Assembly: GCA_012295275.1 (NCBI GenBank)
Contig: CM022675.1
Location: forward strand, 4,712,001 to 4,776,000
Reading direction: 5' to 3'
Source of the DNA: Chrysomallon squamiferum
Lineage: Eukaryota > Animalia > Mollusca
DNA length: 64,000 bases
The notes below the pieces were generated by a model. It worked only from the letters and a program-made list of their open reading frames with translations. It searched no databases and was not told the origin of the DNA. The position numbers were made by a program, and so were the translations under genes. Shown here piece by piece: positions 43,705 to 58,210 of this stretch (the first letter of the stretch is position 1; each line of letters starts with the position of its first letter).

Positions 43705-44192
43705 TTTTTTTTTTTTTTTTTTTTTTTTTTGAAATCTCAATGGCATTTCAAACCAGTTTTTTTTTTTTTTTTTATTATTATTTATTTATTAATTTATTTT
43801 TAGTTGTATTTATTCATTCATTTATATATATATATATTTTTTATTATTATTATTATTATTTTTTTTTTTTTTAATCCATATTGGCAGTGTTTCAAACCAG
43901 GCTTTTTCTTCTTCTTCTTTTTAGTTGCTTTTCTTGTTGTTTTTTACCTTTATATTTTGTATTTGTACTTTGTCTAAATCAACTTTTCGTCAATGCAATT
44001 TATTTTTTACCTTATTTCTGTGATTTGTAAAATCTGTTTTTATACTAACATTTTAAGTATTAACCTGCATTGATGCAAAATGTGTCGCTTGAAGGAAGTG
44101 TTTTCTCAAATCCACATTAACAGTGTCTCACCACCTTTCTTTTTTCTTACAGTTTTCTGTTATTATCATTTTCTTTTTGCTGATTTGTTAAT

Positions 44193-44231
<39 letters not shown>

Positions 44232-45016
44232 TTTTATTATAATAGATTAAGGAAATGCTATTCAAAATTCCAAAATGTGATGTGTTAGTTTTCCAAAAGA
44301 TATAGCCATCACAAACCTTATTTCATGCACAAACTTATTATAAATATTATATAAAATATCTCAAGACTACCTGTATATTTATGCACGTTTATGTATGTGT
44401 ATATGCGTATACTTCTGTGTTGATATATATAGTAAAATAATAAATGGAAAAAAGTATCAAAGTAGAAAAAATATATTACATTACTTTATTTTATATACCA
44501 AATCTATATAATCAGCTAAGGATATTTTAATATTTTATTTTAATAATTTTTCATATACATTTTGCATTTTTTTATCGTACTCGAAGTCTGTTTTATACTA
44601 ACATTTTTACTATTAACCTAACTTTATTGTGATGCAGTAAACCTTGTTATTATTCAAATAAGCGGATCGTCCGATATGTAAATAAATGGAATAACATCGG
44701 ATAAATATGTAAACAAACCATTCTGGAGGTGATTGAAATCACCTGATCAAATACTGCCATTTGAATGGCTGTTTTTTTATTCTACTTGTGTTTACAATTA
44801 TATCATTGAAAATTAATTATCTATAACTTTAGCTAAGGTAAGATTTCAATTTCATGCAACGAACTTGATATCCTGAAAACATCAGAATTATCTTGACTTT
44901 TTCAGATATGACAATTTAATCAACTTCATCGAAGTATATGTTTTAATAAAGCTTGTTTCAAATTATTATAAAATGTTATCATTTTATAGTGGGTTATTTT
45001 CTTTCATTTTTCTTCT

Positions 45017-45049
<33 letters not shown>

Positions 45050-47980
45050 ATACAAAAATAATTTTTATTTGGGAACTTTAATTATTTTAATTTAATTTAA
45101 TTTAATTTAATTTTTATTTTTATTTTATATAAATGTTGTTTTATTAGAAAAACTGAGAATGTGGTTTGCAGATCTCAGTGACATACATACATTGACTTGA
45201 AGCTAATTTCATACTGTCTTTGTGATGATTTCTGATTTGTAAAATGTAATATTAAACTTACTTAATACAATCAAACTGTCAATACAATCAAATTCAATGT
45301 TGCAACCCTACAACCTTTAAACATGCCAGTGATTAAAATGATGATGTGATCAGCAATCAGAGTAATATCATAATTTAGATAATTAACATTTTATTCTCCT
45401 GGAAACAGATAGAACATAACATTATCAAAAAAACAAAAACAAAAGATATAACTGAAATGAACAATTGAGATATCTATTTACATATTTTATTTAAATATTT
45501 TCACTTTCACAGTAAAATATGTGTACATAAAATACATGTATAAAAACTAAAAATATCTATGTGTAAGCCATATAAACTATGTATTAATAACATATACATA
45601 CTACAAAATAAGACATCAGGATTTTAAAATGCCACTTACATCAAGAGAATATAAATTAAAAATGTTTGTTTACAGTACAATTTTAATAAGAAAGCATCTT
45701 CACAAAATAATAAAAATAAAAATAATAATAATGATAATAATGATTAATAATAATAATAATAATATTATTATTATAACAGGAAAAGATATAAATAAATAAA
45801 GAAATCTATACACATAATTCCAGGTTCCTCATTTTCAGCAAATTAAAACGTGCATACTTTTTATTGGAATATCATGTGTTTGTGTGTTTGAGAGATTTTA
45901 TTAAATTTGAAAAATGTTCCCACCTAGATAATGAAAAACAGTTTACTGAGATAAGGTGAACAGCAAGTGATAGGTAATCACCTCCGTAATACTAAAAGAG
46001 AGGTGACCCAACTCATTTTATTTTTTTACTTCAGTGGAAGTAAAAATACGCCTCTTCAAAACTACTTGATAAGAAGGAAAAGTATTTTTACAACATCTCC
46101 TTGAGTTAAATCATTTTTCTGTAACTAACTAAAAGTGAAAGATAAAATGTATTACGGCACAAATCAAATACACAGTTCATAAGAGTGAGCAGACATGTGC
46201 TTTCACATTCAGATCAGTGAACAAAGCCTTGTAGGAAAGTGTGCAATGCAAGTACACCATCTCTAGCAAAATTCACCTTACTCTGCAAGAATCAAAACAT
46301 TTCAACAGATTTGGCTTTTCGCCCTTCTCTACTTTGCTCTCCACAATCCACCCAATCACAACAGAATTCAAAGTGAAATGACTTAAATGTATCACTCTGA
46401 TTGTGTGAAAATAACCAACGATTAACAATATTATTTATTTTTGTCATTCTGACTCGGTCCACCTGACAAAATCAAATGCTGATGGATGGAGCACCTTAGT
46501 AACACAAGTTATAAGCAAAAAACTAACAAAAATACTGCAAAGTAAATAAAAATAACACATAAAAACAAAAATGGCATTGATCCATATAAAACTATTCAGT
46601 TAGTTCAAATCTTACTTTGTAGTTTTACTTTATTATATGTCACCCATGTACTCAAAGTTACAAACATAATGTCGCTGCATCAGTTAATTGAATATCTTAA
46701 GGAGGAGCTTTATCTTTACTGTCATTAAAAAATTCCACTGTGGCCCCAGTGAGAAATAATACTCTTTACCTCTGCTTCCTTCTCATCAAGTTGAAAAGTT
46801 GGCAGAATTATTTTTAATGTTATTTTTTTCAGATTTTGTTTATTCAGCTCCTTACATTTATAAAACTATATGCAACAGATAGAAAACAACAATAACATAT
46901 TAGTTGTTCCCAAAGACTTAATAATAAATATAGTTTATTAGAAACAACTAAGTCTGCAATCAATGGACAAAACAGAGGCAAAATGTACCTCAAGTGATAT
47001 TGTTGAAGAATGAATATGACTTACAACTTTGCCATGACTTAAACATAAGGAGAAGTTTAGTTCTAAAAGGGTCAAGTTTGCCCCTTGTGTCAACCATGAT
47101 CTATCGCATATGAAATATTCATTAATTTTAAAATTATCAATGTTATATTACTAACTGATTTCATTTCATTTCTTGAAATAAAACAAAATGTAAAATAGTC
47201 ATCAGACTGGGTTTTCTTTTTACTAAATCAGAAAATGGCTTTTACAAAAAAGAGATTTAGAAATAAATAAATAAACAAGAACCATTCACTTTACAAACAG
47301 TACTTCATAAACATCTGCCAGGTAATAAAGAAGTGGGAAGCCATGAGAAATATTTTCATCTTTGGGCACTAATGATAGACTTTGAAACATATTGAGATGA
47401 TGAAACAACTTACTGAAATATATTTATTGTGTTCTTACAGAGCTAGTGCAATGGTTTACCTAATAGTGCAAAAAAAAAAACTTTAATAAAATAATAAATT
47501 CAGAATTTCCTTCTATGACATAAAATAAAGTTTTTTTTAAAAAAAAAAAAAAAAAATTGATTGGAAGATATGTAATGAATTCATAAACCAGTCATAAAAT
47601 GTAATTAAATGTGTATTTTAATTTTTTAAATGGTAATATGAAGGAATGTTATGAATACAACCATTTTATGGATGTTCAGTCTTTTTTTTGCTCTGTATAG
47701 CTAAACTATGCAAATGAAAAAAAAATTAATAAAGTGAAATAATATAAATAAATAAATAAATAAATAAACAGACTAAAACAAAAACATTTCTGAAAGATCA
47801 GAGAATAAAGAAACATGGGAAAATGACTCTTATACTCAGTCTGTCATGACTTTTTTTGAATAACCACAATTTGTAATAAAAGAGTAGACAGAAAATGTTT
47901 GTATAGTTCTTAACTTAAAAACAATGTCTGTTAATCCAAGACTGTTAGAAAGCTACATAAAAATATTAAATTGTATTTTA

Positions 47981-48022
<42 letters not shown>

Positions 48023-48357
48023 CATCATCATCATTATTAGTTATATATTTTTTTAATTAAACAAATAAATAAATAAAATACTGCATTATTTAATGATATC
48101 GAAAGTTCATTATTGTTGCTCACATAACTCAACTCTAATCATAAACACTGAAACAGAACTGTCAACAACATTTTGTGACAAGTACTTCTAATAATATCAA
48201 TGATTATGTTATCATTCATGATGAAAAAAAAAGAAAAAAGAAAAAAAAACATAATAAGATCTCCTATATTCTCACTTATGATCCCAAGCAGTTTACCAAC
48301 TAACACTGGCTATAACTATAAACTTAATCTTCAGTTCATGTTTTTATACTCTCTGTT

Positions 48358-49704
48358 AATGCAAATTTTGGGACAGTTTCAAAAGTAACAAGATCTACAA
48401 TATTCATTACATATGATGAAAAAAATTCCTATAATAGCCAGTATTTAGTATTGGGAAAAAAATAAGAAAACAAAACTGAGTAAGAATTTATCAACATTTT
48501 GTAATATATATGTAAAAAATTGTATCTTATAATGTTAAGAAAAAAGAAAAAGAATAATACAAAACTAAAATTAATTCTACATTTTATCTTACAAGTTAAC
48601 AGATACATTATTCCATGTTACATATGGGTTTAAGTAACCTAAAAACACAAATTTATTTTATCTGTATATTGATGTTTTTAAGACACACCTTGCAGTGATA
48701 AACAATTAAAATCATGCAAATGTACATTCTTTAGAAAATGAAAGAAATTACTTTTCCACTGCTGAAATGATTGTTACTACTTAATTATCTTCAAATTACA
48801 ATGTACTGCTCTCTTGACAGTGTACAATTCTTTATAAAACACTGACAGCTGTAAATAATATGAAACCACATTTTCATTCTATGTTGTGATAATCTAATCT
48901 GACCCAAATTTTCTTTTTAAATAAATAAGCAAACAAACAGAAACAACTGAGTTAAAATATAAAGTAACTTGCTATAATCAACATTTAGAAATAAATAAGA
49001 ATGAAAAAAATGATTGTATCAAAGTGAAAGAGTCATTTTATTTCTTTGTTATTTTTACTTTATATTTTAATTTGAATTATATTTTCAAAGCACATCTCTT
49101 TGATGATGGCCTGTTTACAAATGGCAATTACAATGAATCTTTAAAAGTAGTTGTTAATAAATAGAATTGGTCATTTACAACTGAACATTTTCAATATTGT
49201 ACATCAGACAAAATAAATAAATAAGTAAAAAATAAATGAATGGTTATGTTTAAGATCAACATCCCCACCTTACAGAATGTTTAGATTATTTATTCTGGCT
49301 GACAACACATTATCTTTTCAACATCTGTTAAGTGGCTAACAAATATTTTTGTTTTAGTTCATTTTATATTATTTTTCCAAAGCACCATACCTTTAATATG
49401 AATCAGAAGATGACAAATGTATTAAGTTTTCATTTTAGTTTGTTAAAAACTGTTCAGTTGCAATGATAAAAATGCAAGATGGTGTTAACTGTGTTTTTCT
49501 CTCTTCATTCAGACTTTATAGATGGCACAAGATCAACAAACAAAAAAGAGGCTGTGTAACTTTTTAACTCACAGAAGTATTGTCTTGTGGAATACTTCAT
49601 ACATCCTTAATACCAAGTGAATTAAATGTATGCCAAGGGCGCATTAAAGAGATTGTCTAAGTGTTCACAGTTATATCCTCTTACTTTATTTTCAGGTTTT
49701 ATAA

Positions 49705-49735
<31 letters not shown>

Positions 49736-50217
49736 TATTACTAAATTTAGTATTATTATTATTACAGCTACTACTACTACTGTTATTAGCAATGAATAAA
49801 ACTGTAGAGATAATACTTTTTATCCCTTGATACAGAATGAATATCAGTAATGAGCCATTTATGATACTGGTGTTTTCATTTAAAACAAAAGAAAAATGAT
49901 ATTTTCATGAACTTCTACATACTAGACATTATAATATTTCTCTTTCCCTAATATTAACAAGAATTTGGTCTTTAAAAGGAAAACAATTTGAAAAAAAATG
50001 ACTGCTAATTTAATTACTTTAATCATTTCAGTGCTCTTTCTGGTAAAGCACATGAACATAAATATTGTACAAGATGCAAATTTTGGCACACTTTCAATAC
50101 TAAAAAGATCTACAATATTCATTACACATGATGAAAAAAAAATCCTATAATAGCCAGTATTCAGTATTGGGAAAAAAATAAGAAAACAAAACTAAGAAAG
50201 AATTTATCAACATTTTG

Positions 50218-50281
<64 letters not shown>

Positions 50282-50525
50282 GTTTTATCTTATAATATTA
50301 AGAAAAAAGAAAAAGAAAAATACAAAACTAAAATTAAATCTATATTTTATCTTTCCAGTTTAACAGACATATTATTCCATGTTACATATGGGTTTAAGTA
50401 ACCTATAAACACACATTTATTTTATCTGTACATTGATGTTTTTGAGACACACCTTGCAGTGATAAACAATTAAAATCATGTAAATGTACATTCTTTAGGA
50501 AATGAAAGAAATTATTTTTCCCACT
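48358..50525 (+). repeat. ~400-bp direct repeat pair (48358-48760 and 50074-50525)
   Basis: Shared agatctacaatattcattac...gacacaccttgcagtgataaacaattaaaatcatg; the second copy has a (TA)n expansion. Confidence 0.9.
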
Positions 50526-50599
50526 ACTTAAAGATGAAGTAAAATATTGCTTGAATTCAGCTGGATCACTGTCTATTAAAAATCAATTCTTTTTCAACA

Positions 50600-51272
50600 T
50601 TAAAGAAATGAAGGAGGTACAAGACTATTGATGAACTCAAATGAATTTTTAAAATTAGATTTGTGATCCACAGCTGAAGAAAAATTAACAATTGATCAGA
50701 ATAAAACATGCTGCTTAGGATTCCTCCATCAGGTATTTTCAGACACTATAGCTGGTTTTCATGGTTTTCATTTTCCAATAAAGAAGACTAAAGCACCAGC
50801 AATTGAAGAAGTGACTTTGTCTAAAACAACAGCAATGTGAAATTAGTGTTAGTGTGACACATGGTGCTGTGTGCTCATACCAGTGACTGAAAAATAACTG
50901 AGTGCAGTAATTTTAAAAACAAATTTAATGCCTTTGATGGTCACAGTATTTTCACACAGAACACATCAATGTATTTGTTTTATATTAATAAATTTCAGAA
51001 AAGTAATAAAGCAATATGTCAGTATAATTTGAAAAACCCTTTTTACTGTTTCAGAGTTTATTACAGTATGTCTAGATTTACTGGAAATTGTTTTATTGTA
51101 TGGTTCAACAACTGTTTTTTGTGTATATGTATAAATTTAATGAAAAAATAAACAGACTGACTATTTGCTTACCTGGATGTTGGAGTTGGTGTCTCTGTAT
51201 GTTGTCAGATAACACAATGACATATTAAAATCATCTTGCTGAACTGTTGAATTTCTGTTGTAAGCTTCAAGA
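50600..51272 (-). ncRNA. Probable spliced minus-strand transcript without a substantial ORF (lncRNA or UTR exons)
   Basis: 100-nt exon 51272-51173 with tttttag acceptor and CAG|gtaagc donor; next acceptor gttgttttag before 50820. The joined frame gives only a 27-aa peptide. Lower boundary is arbitrary. Confidence 0.35.
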
Positions 51273-51434
51273 CTAAAAATAAAAGAATATCAATTAAATA
51301 ATTAGTTTACTTTATTTGATTAAAAAATGTATAAATATAAGGTTTATTTAACTATTCAAGATATGTTTATAAGCTTCCAGTATTTACATTCAGTACAATG
51401 AATATATTTAGTGGTTGAAATTTACTGGTTGCTA

Positions 51435-51487
<53 letters not shown>

Positions 51488-53000
51488 TACACTCCCATAC
51501 AAAGGCACTTTTAGAATATTGGGTTTCTGTGGTAGAAAACACAGTATTTTTATCCACCCCATGTAGGAAACCTGTGACTGAAAAGAATAAACAGAGAAAA
51601 AAGATAGAAATTTACTTGTAGAGGATTGAGTTTGGACCCCAATTTTCAGAAGTCTTTAAAGTGTAGTAATGCACAGAATATATTTATATTTTGTGTAACA
51701 AAATATCATGACAAGTAGAGTTCATGCAAGAATCACAATAATAATAGCAATGTTAGTCTGCAGATCTGTTGGGTAATTGTAAACAAAATGAATTATACAT
51801 TACTGATTAGATATTTGTTGTGACCTAAACAGTTTTGTCCATGTCATTGTCTTGTGTCCACTAGCTACATTAGATCAGAATAATTCCCAATCCTAGATAA
51901 CACTATAGCAAAAAAATATATTTTGCTACTTTTTATGATTAAACATATTTCTTATCTAGCATTTTAGAAATGCTTTTTTTTTTTTTTTTTTTTTCTTCTT
52001 TTTTCTGTAGGTTGCTTACAGCAAAAATTAAAATAAATTCATAAAACAAGGCTTTATTCACATTTGATCCTTTTTGAATTATACATATATATTTCAAAAA
52101 ACTGAAAACAATGCAACTTCACATTAGATAAATTTATAAAATAGTAAACATGAAAGAACAAAGACTAGAACACATGTTAATATTTAATAAACAAATCCAA
52201 AAATGGATACATTTAACCCTTTCCTTAAATGGTAACTGATATATCCAATCACAATTTTATTACCATTAACTTATAAACTAGATTTATCTCAATGCCTTCA
52301 AAAAAATTAGAGCTGACCTTTTGTGAAAATCTCTGAAATTAATGGCAGTGAATACAGGTTAAACTTTTTTATATCTGTTTTTGTTCATATCTACCAATAA
52401 TTAAAATGAAGTTTAAAAACAGCCCACTCTGACAGTAGTTTTTCTATGAATGTCATGTGAATGTTTTAGAATGTTCAAAGAATAGAATAACAGTTAGTAG
52501 CTTCATAGTTGTTTATGACCATATATGATTCTTGTTTTATCAACTGGCATTAGGTTGGCTTTACTGTTCATGATCACATTCATTTTCATGAATATTCATC
52601 AAAATCATTAGCATGTCAAAACATGAAACAGATGAATGAGAAAAAAAAAGTTTATTAATTTACTTTTTTCAAAAACAAAATATAAAAAAAAATTATGAAA
52701 GTTTTGAAACAAAGATACATTAAATACATAAATGGAAAAATAAAAATTCAATTTACAAAGTTTGACCCATTGTTGTTTACAAATTTTAACAACTCAACAA
52801 GTTTACTTTTTCTTCCAGATAACTTTCCATTATGTTTCCTTAGCCATGCTAAGAATATCTATCAATAAGCTATATGTATTTATTAATAACATCTACATAC
52901 AGGCATTATAATTTTTAAAATATCAATGACTTTAAAAAAGGATTATCAATTTAAAATATCTCTATACAGCAAAATGCTAATAATTAAACTTCTTAGTAAA

Positions 53001-53033
<33 letters not shown>

Positions 53034-53534
53034 GAAAAGAATATTTAAAAAAAGAAGAAATTTATGTAGATATTAGATTTTATGAAATTTAAATATTATT
53101 AAACTGAAACGAAAAATATATCTTCTCACTTAATTAATAAGAAATAGGTTTTTCAGTTTCCATTTAAGAAACAAGAAAATTGTTGTATAAGAATCTATGC
53201 CACATGAATTATCCATTAATTTTTAAAATACAACATTAGTTTTAATGATTTATATATATAAAGAAATTAAGACGTTAAATAGTCATCAGACTGAGTCTCC
53301 TTTTTACAACATCAGAAAACAGTTTTTTCAAAAACCAGATTCATTAATGATGTTAAAAGTTTCTGTTGCAGATTTAGAAAAAAATGAAATAAAATTAAAT
53401 TAAAGTAAATAAATAAAGGAAGAAAGAAAGCAAGAAAGGAAGAGAAGAAAACATTTTTTATATATATAATGAAAAAAAAAAAAAAAAAGCGGATGTGAAA
53501 ACGTAGAAATGAAATGCTACCAAATACAGAAGTG

Positions 53535-54198
53535 ACTTGGGCAGTTGGTGACGGGTTGTTTCGGCTGCGTGACATCATGGGTACAAGAATTCGCGCGCGC
53601 GCGCGCGTTAACTATAATTACAAAACTTCAGGCTAATTAAGCATGTTGATTGTACTGAATGGTAAACTATGCAGCTTATGGTTGAAAATTATAAACTTTA
53701 ATTTATAATCTTAAAAAACACAAATAATCCACTCCTACGTCTTTACAAACCTTTCATTGTTTCAACAACTTGTTGAACAAGTTCGCTTTTTCTTCCAGAT
53801 AACTTTGACTACTTAATGATTAAGTTTCCTTAGTCATGTTAATGTTTTTCACCAAAATGTTAAAAGTTACAGTAAATCTCTTCGACGCTGTATTTTTCTC
53901 TTACTTGTCGCATACAACGAACTGCATTTAAACAATTTATTTTTCAGTTATTGAATTAATGTCGTCTGCGTTCGGACCACAACGAATGTTCTATGTGATA
54001 TGCCTCTTCAAATGCTGGAGCACCACACTGGTGTGCAGTTAGCTACATTAATAAACAGATCAATAAATAAATAAATAAATAAATAAATAAATATATATAT
54101 ATATATATAATTTGATATTTTTTAATATACCGAACATTTTCAACTTGTATTTTTTAGAGAAGAGAGAGAGAGAGTAGTAATAGTTGTAGTAGAAGTAA

Positions 54199-54250
<52 letters not shown>

Positions 54251-54435
54251 TCCGGTTTTCTGATACCAAGGCATCTAAATACGTAATTAATTAGGCATAA
54301 ACATTTTAAAATTAAAAACATAAAGAAACTTGACGATACACAACTGTGGCGACTCGACACGTAAACCATGTGGCGAGTGAATGAACGTCATGCGGCTTGA
54401 AAGAGTAGTTTATCCGGATAATTGGTCCGGTACCT
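53535..54435. promoter_or_regulatory. CpG-enriched promoter-like region including (CG)8
   Basis: Local CpG excess against a CpG-poor background; (CG)8 at 53592-53607, tgacatca/cgtca CRE-like motifs, several ccgg sites. Confidence 0.4.
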
Positions 54436-54693
54436 GTAGTAGTAGTAGTAATAATTTTATATACTGAATCTCTCGACGTTTTACCAGTCAGCTAAAGCAT
54501 TCACCAACAGTTGTTAATTCATAAACTCTCTTGTAGGGTTACATTCTGTTTTTGTTGTCGTTGTTTGTTTCTTTGTTGTTTTTTTTGTTGTTTTTGTGTT
54601 TTTTGATGTTTGTTTGTTTGATTTCGTTTCGTTTGGTTTTTGTTTATGTTAGATTGATTGATTAATTGATTATTATTATCATCATCATCATCA

Positions 54694-54735
<42 letters not shown>

Positions 54736-55040
54736 CATCATCATTATCATTATTATTATTGTTATTATTATTATAATCATTTATTTATTTATTAATTAAT
54801 TTATTTATTTATTTATTTATTTATTATTGTTATCATTTTTGTTTTTACAGCTTTTGTAATAATAGCAGCCGTAATTCAGTAAAAGCAGCCTAGTGTTATC
54901 ACCGATAACACACGCGCGCGTACGCACACAAAACATAAATTCGCTGATATACATACATACAAAGAATATATATATATATATATATGTATATGTATATGTA
55001 TACACACACACATGCATACATACAGACATAGCTATGTTAA

Positions 55041-55088
<48 letters not shown>

Positions 55089-55777
55089 TTATATACATAC
55101 GTATTTGATATCACACAGACGCAGATAAAAGAAAAAGTTAATAAATCTATTTACATTTTAAATCACTGTGTGTATTTATTCATATCATGACTGAGAAGCT
55201 GATCGATACCTTATAGATGAATTATGTAGTATATATAAGCTTTATTTTAAGGCACAGATTAGTCAACATTATTTTATAAAACCGTTCGAAAATTTTGATG
55301 ATAATAATAATAATAAGAAGATGATGAAGAAGAAGAAGAAGAAGAAGAAGAAGAAGAAGATGACGATGAATAAGAATAAGAATAAGAAGAATACGAATAA
55401 TAATAATAACAATAATAATAACAACAAGAATAATAATAGTAATAATATTATAATAAAAATAAAGTTGATGATGATGATTCTGATGGTGATAGAAGATGAT
55501 GAGGAAGATGATGAAATAATGAAAAAGTAAAAAATCTACAACAAATGAGTAGTGAAAGCTTATTCTGCTTTCGGTTGATGTTACATAATCGATTTAGGAA
55601 CATACCGAACGTTAGAATTAATGTCAGCACAACACGAATAGAGAAACCAGATGTATGTATAGGCCAGGGTTCATTACATACAGAGGTAATCAGGTATTGC
55701 GGTAGCCTAGGTGGGTTTTTTTTCGAGGAAATGGGAATTAGACAAACTGGGAATTCTACCAGATGGGAAGACCCAAC

Positions 55778-56200
55778 AGAGTGACTATCATCTCAAACCA
55801 GATTTATCAGTCACATATTTCTCACAGATAATATATATTTATTTGTAAATTTATCATATTTATGAAACTAGCAGTGGAATAAAGATAAAGAAAGATAAAT
55901 TATGTGAAATGAGAAACAGGAAGAGATGACGAAGATGTGGGTGACAACGTTATTACGTAATTACACGTGTATGCACTGGCGCTTTCTTTGTTCTGCAGTT
56001 GATATCATTTAGTTTGTCTTGGCTTTAATAAAAAAAAATTCTAGTGAGATGCTCTAATATCAGTTACAATAATTCTAAAACTTTTCCACAAATTATGTGT
56101 GAGTGAAAAATATACGTCAAAGCAGCTGGTGTTCTTATTACCACCTGGGAAGTCTGACATTTGTCAGCTTCAAGGTTATTAGGTTAACAGTGAAACCATT
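55778..56200 (+). repeat. Non-coding block homologous to receptor-gene upstream regions
   Basis: cagagtgactatcatctcaaaccag..tcagtcacatatttctcacagat also at 1685-1740 and diverged at ~32080-32130; cctggga..ctgacatt.gtca.cttcaa at ~56145 matches ~2410. Confidence 0.8.
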
Positions 56201-58145
56201 TAACTTTATCTTCTTTTTATCAGGAAAGTAAAATACTGTTGGTCACTGATCAGATTCAAAAATGTATTTTGTTAATGAAGAACTCTACGGATCGATACAA
56301 ACATAGAGAATGTTGTAACAGGTGCAAGAAGAAACTGAAAGAAAGCTAACTTCTGATTGGTTACTTACTGTGCACTCATTTTTAGTTTTCTTGTACTTAG
56401 ATTTCACTTTCAAGATGGCTACAGTTGGACATTTCAAATGAAAAAGTAAAAATAAAAAACAAGGCAAAATGGGTTAAAAATTATCCCCGTAATCAAAATA
56501 TCGGTCACCAAAAGGGAGGTGTTTTCAGATCATTTGAGCTGTTAGAGTGTTATATTTCAGCTGCGTACAAGAAACAAACAAACAAATGGACAAAACCGAA
56601 AAAAATAATAATAATAATAAAAAATCGTTTATCTGCATATCCAAATGTTTCTTCATTTTAATACTGGTTTGGAAAAAACGTTTGTAGCATTCAGACCAGT
56701 TCATCACCCAGAGAGATGGTAACTTCTGGGAGGTTAAAATCATGAAGTTGCCTCAAAGATGGTGAAAGGTAATGAAACAAACTTGAAGACAAATGTTGAA
56801 TAAATCTATGTACAAGTATCTAAATATTATCTTTAAATTTCAGTTTTAAAAAAAATATATAAAAAAAAAGTAATAATTTTCATTCCAACCTAATGTATTA
56901 TTAATAATTTATAAAATTCAGCGGAAAACTGTCATAAAACACGTGTCTGTTCTAGAACCTCCTGAGGAGTTGGACATGAGACAGCTTGACATTTAATTTT
57001 GAAATCGTTGTTATTTCACTTTTATCAGGAAAGTAAAATAAATGTTCTGTTATTGATTGACACCACTGTCCGGTTTAAAAAAAACAAAACAAAAAAAAAC
57101 AAAAACAAAAAAAAAAATCATCCTGTTTCCTCTACCTGGCAAAGGACAAAACAAATGACTGTCTCAAAACAGCGTCAGCGGCTGTATCTGGTTTTATAAT
57201 CAAACTCTTCAACTGGTCACATTATGCAAGCAAGAAAAATGACTCTGAACCAAGGAAGAAAGGCAACAAATTTTTGAGAGAAAATTTTTCCAGAGAAAAA
57301 CGACTTCACTATAAAAATACGTCACAATTAATCACGATATATAACGTTCATTAACAACACAATTAGTTTTCAAATAATATTTTACACATATATAATTCAC
57401 TTGTCCATTTTTATTAAAGAATATTTTAAATGATAAAGACACTTAACTAAAAGAAATATACTTTGTTAGGGTTAGAGGTGTTGTTTGTTACCGCGGGTAG
57501 TTTTCAATACGCAGAATATGACATGACATTGTTCACCCAGGGTAGGAAACGAGAAAAAAAAAAGTTGTTGTCAGGGGGGACAGATAAAACTTCAGTTTAA
57601 TTTCAAGGTGAACGAATTCACAGAGACCTAAATTGACGTTGTGTTCCACAGCCTTCTACATTTAACATTTAAAATATTTTGATATACCTATTTCTAAATA
57701 AATATAAACTGTCATAAAGGGTATATTTATTGGGATTTCTTTGTAAAGTTTTGGAAACAATTATTTTGCCTCAAATTTCTATGTTTTATCAAAATTCAGT
57801 CAGAAAAGCTTATCGCCGTACTAAAACATGATATACAGTTTATTTTCATTTAGATATATTACAACATACAGTAGCAGCATACAAATAAATAAAAAAATAA
57901 AAAATAAATGCATACAAAGCATAACATCCAAAGACATAAACAAATACTGAATGAAAACAAGGCTATAAAATTTTAACAAAATACAGTTTGTGTCACTAAA
58001 TACTCATTTTAATTTCAAAGATGACTAATAGTGCGTGACGCAAGAAATAGTTCATATCATTTTATTCTTGCTGACATCTGCTACACATGAACAAAGTGAA
58101 AACGTTATCAACAAAAATTAATTAAATTAAAGAGCATCTTCTGAT

Positions 58146-58153
58146 TATAAATA
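58146..58153 (+). promoter_or_regulatory. TATA box of the EGF/ShK-like gene
   Basis: TATAAATA 65 nt upstream of the ATG, which sits in an aaaaATG context. Confidence 0.6.
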
Positions 58154-58210
58154 AAGGAAACATTTCTATGTAGACATCACAGATCTGAGAAGACGAGAAC
58201 TGTTGTAAAA

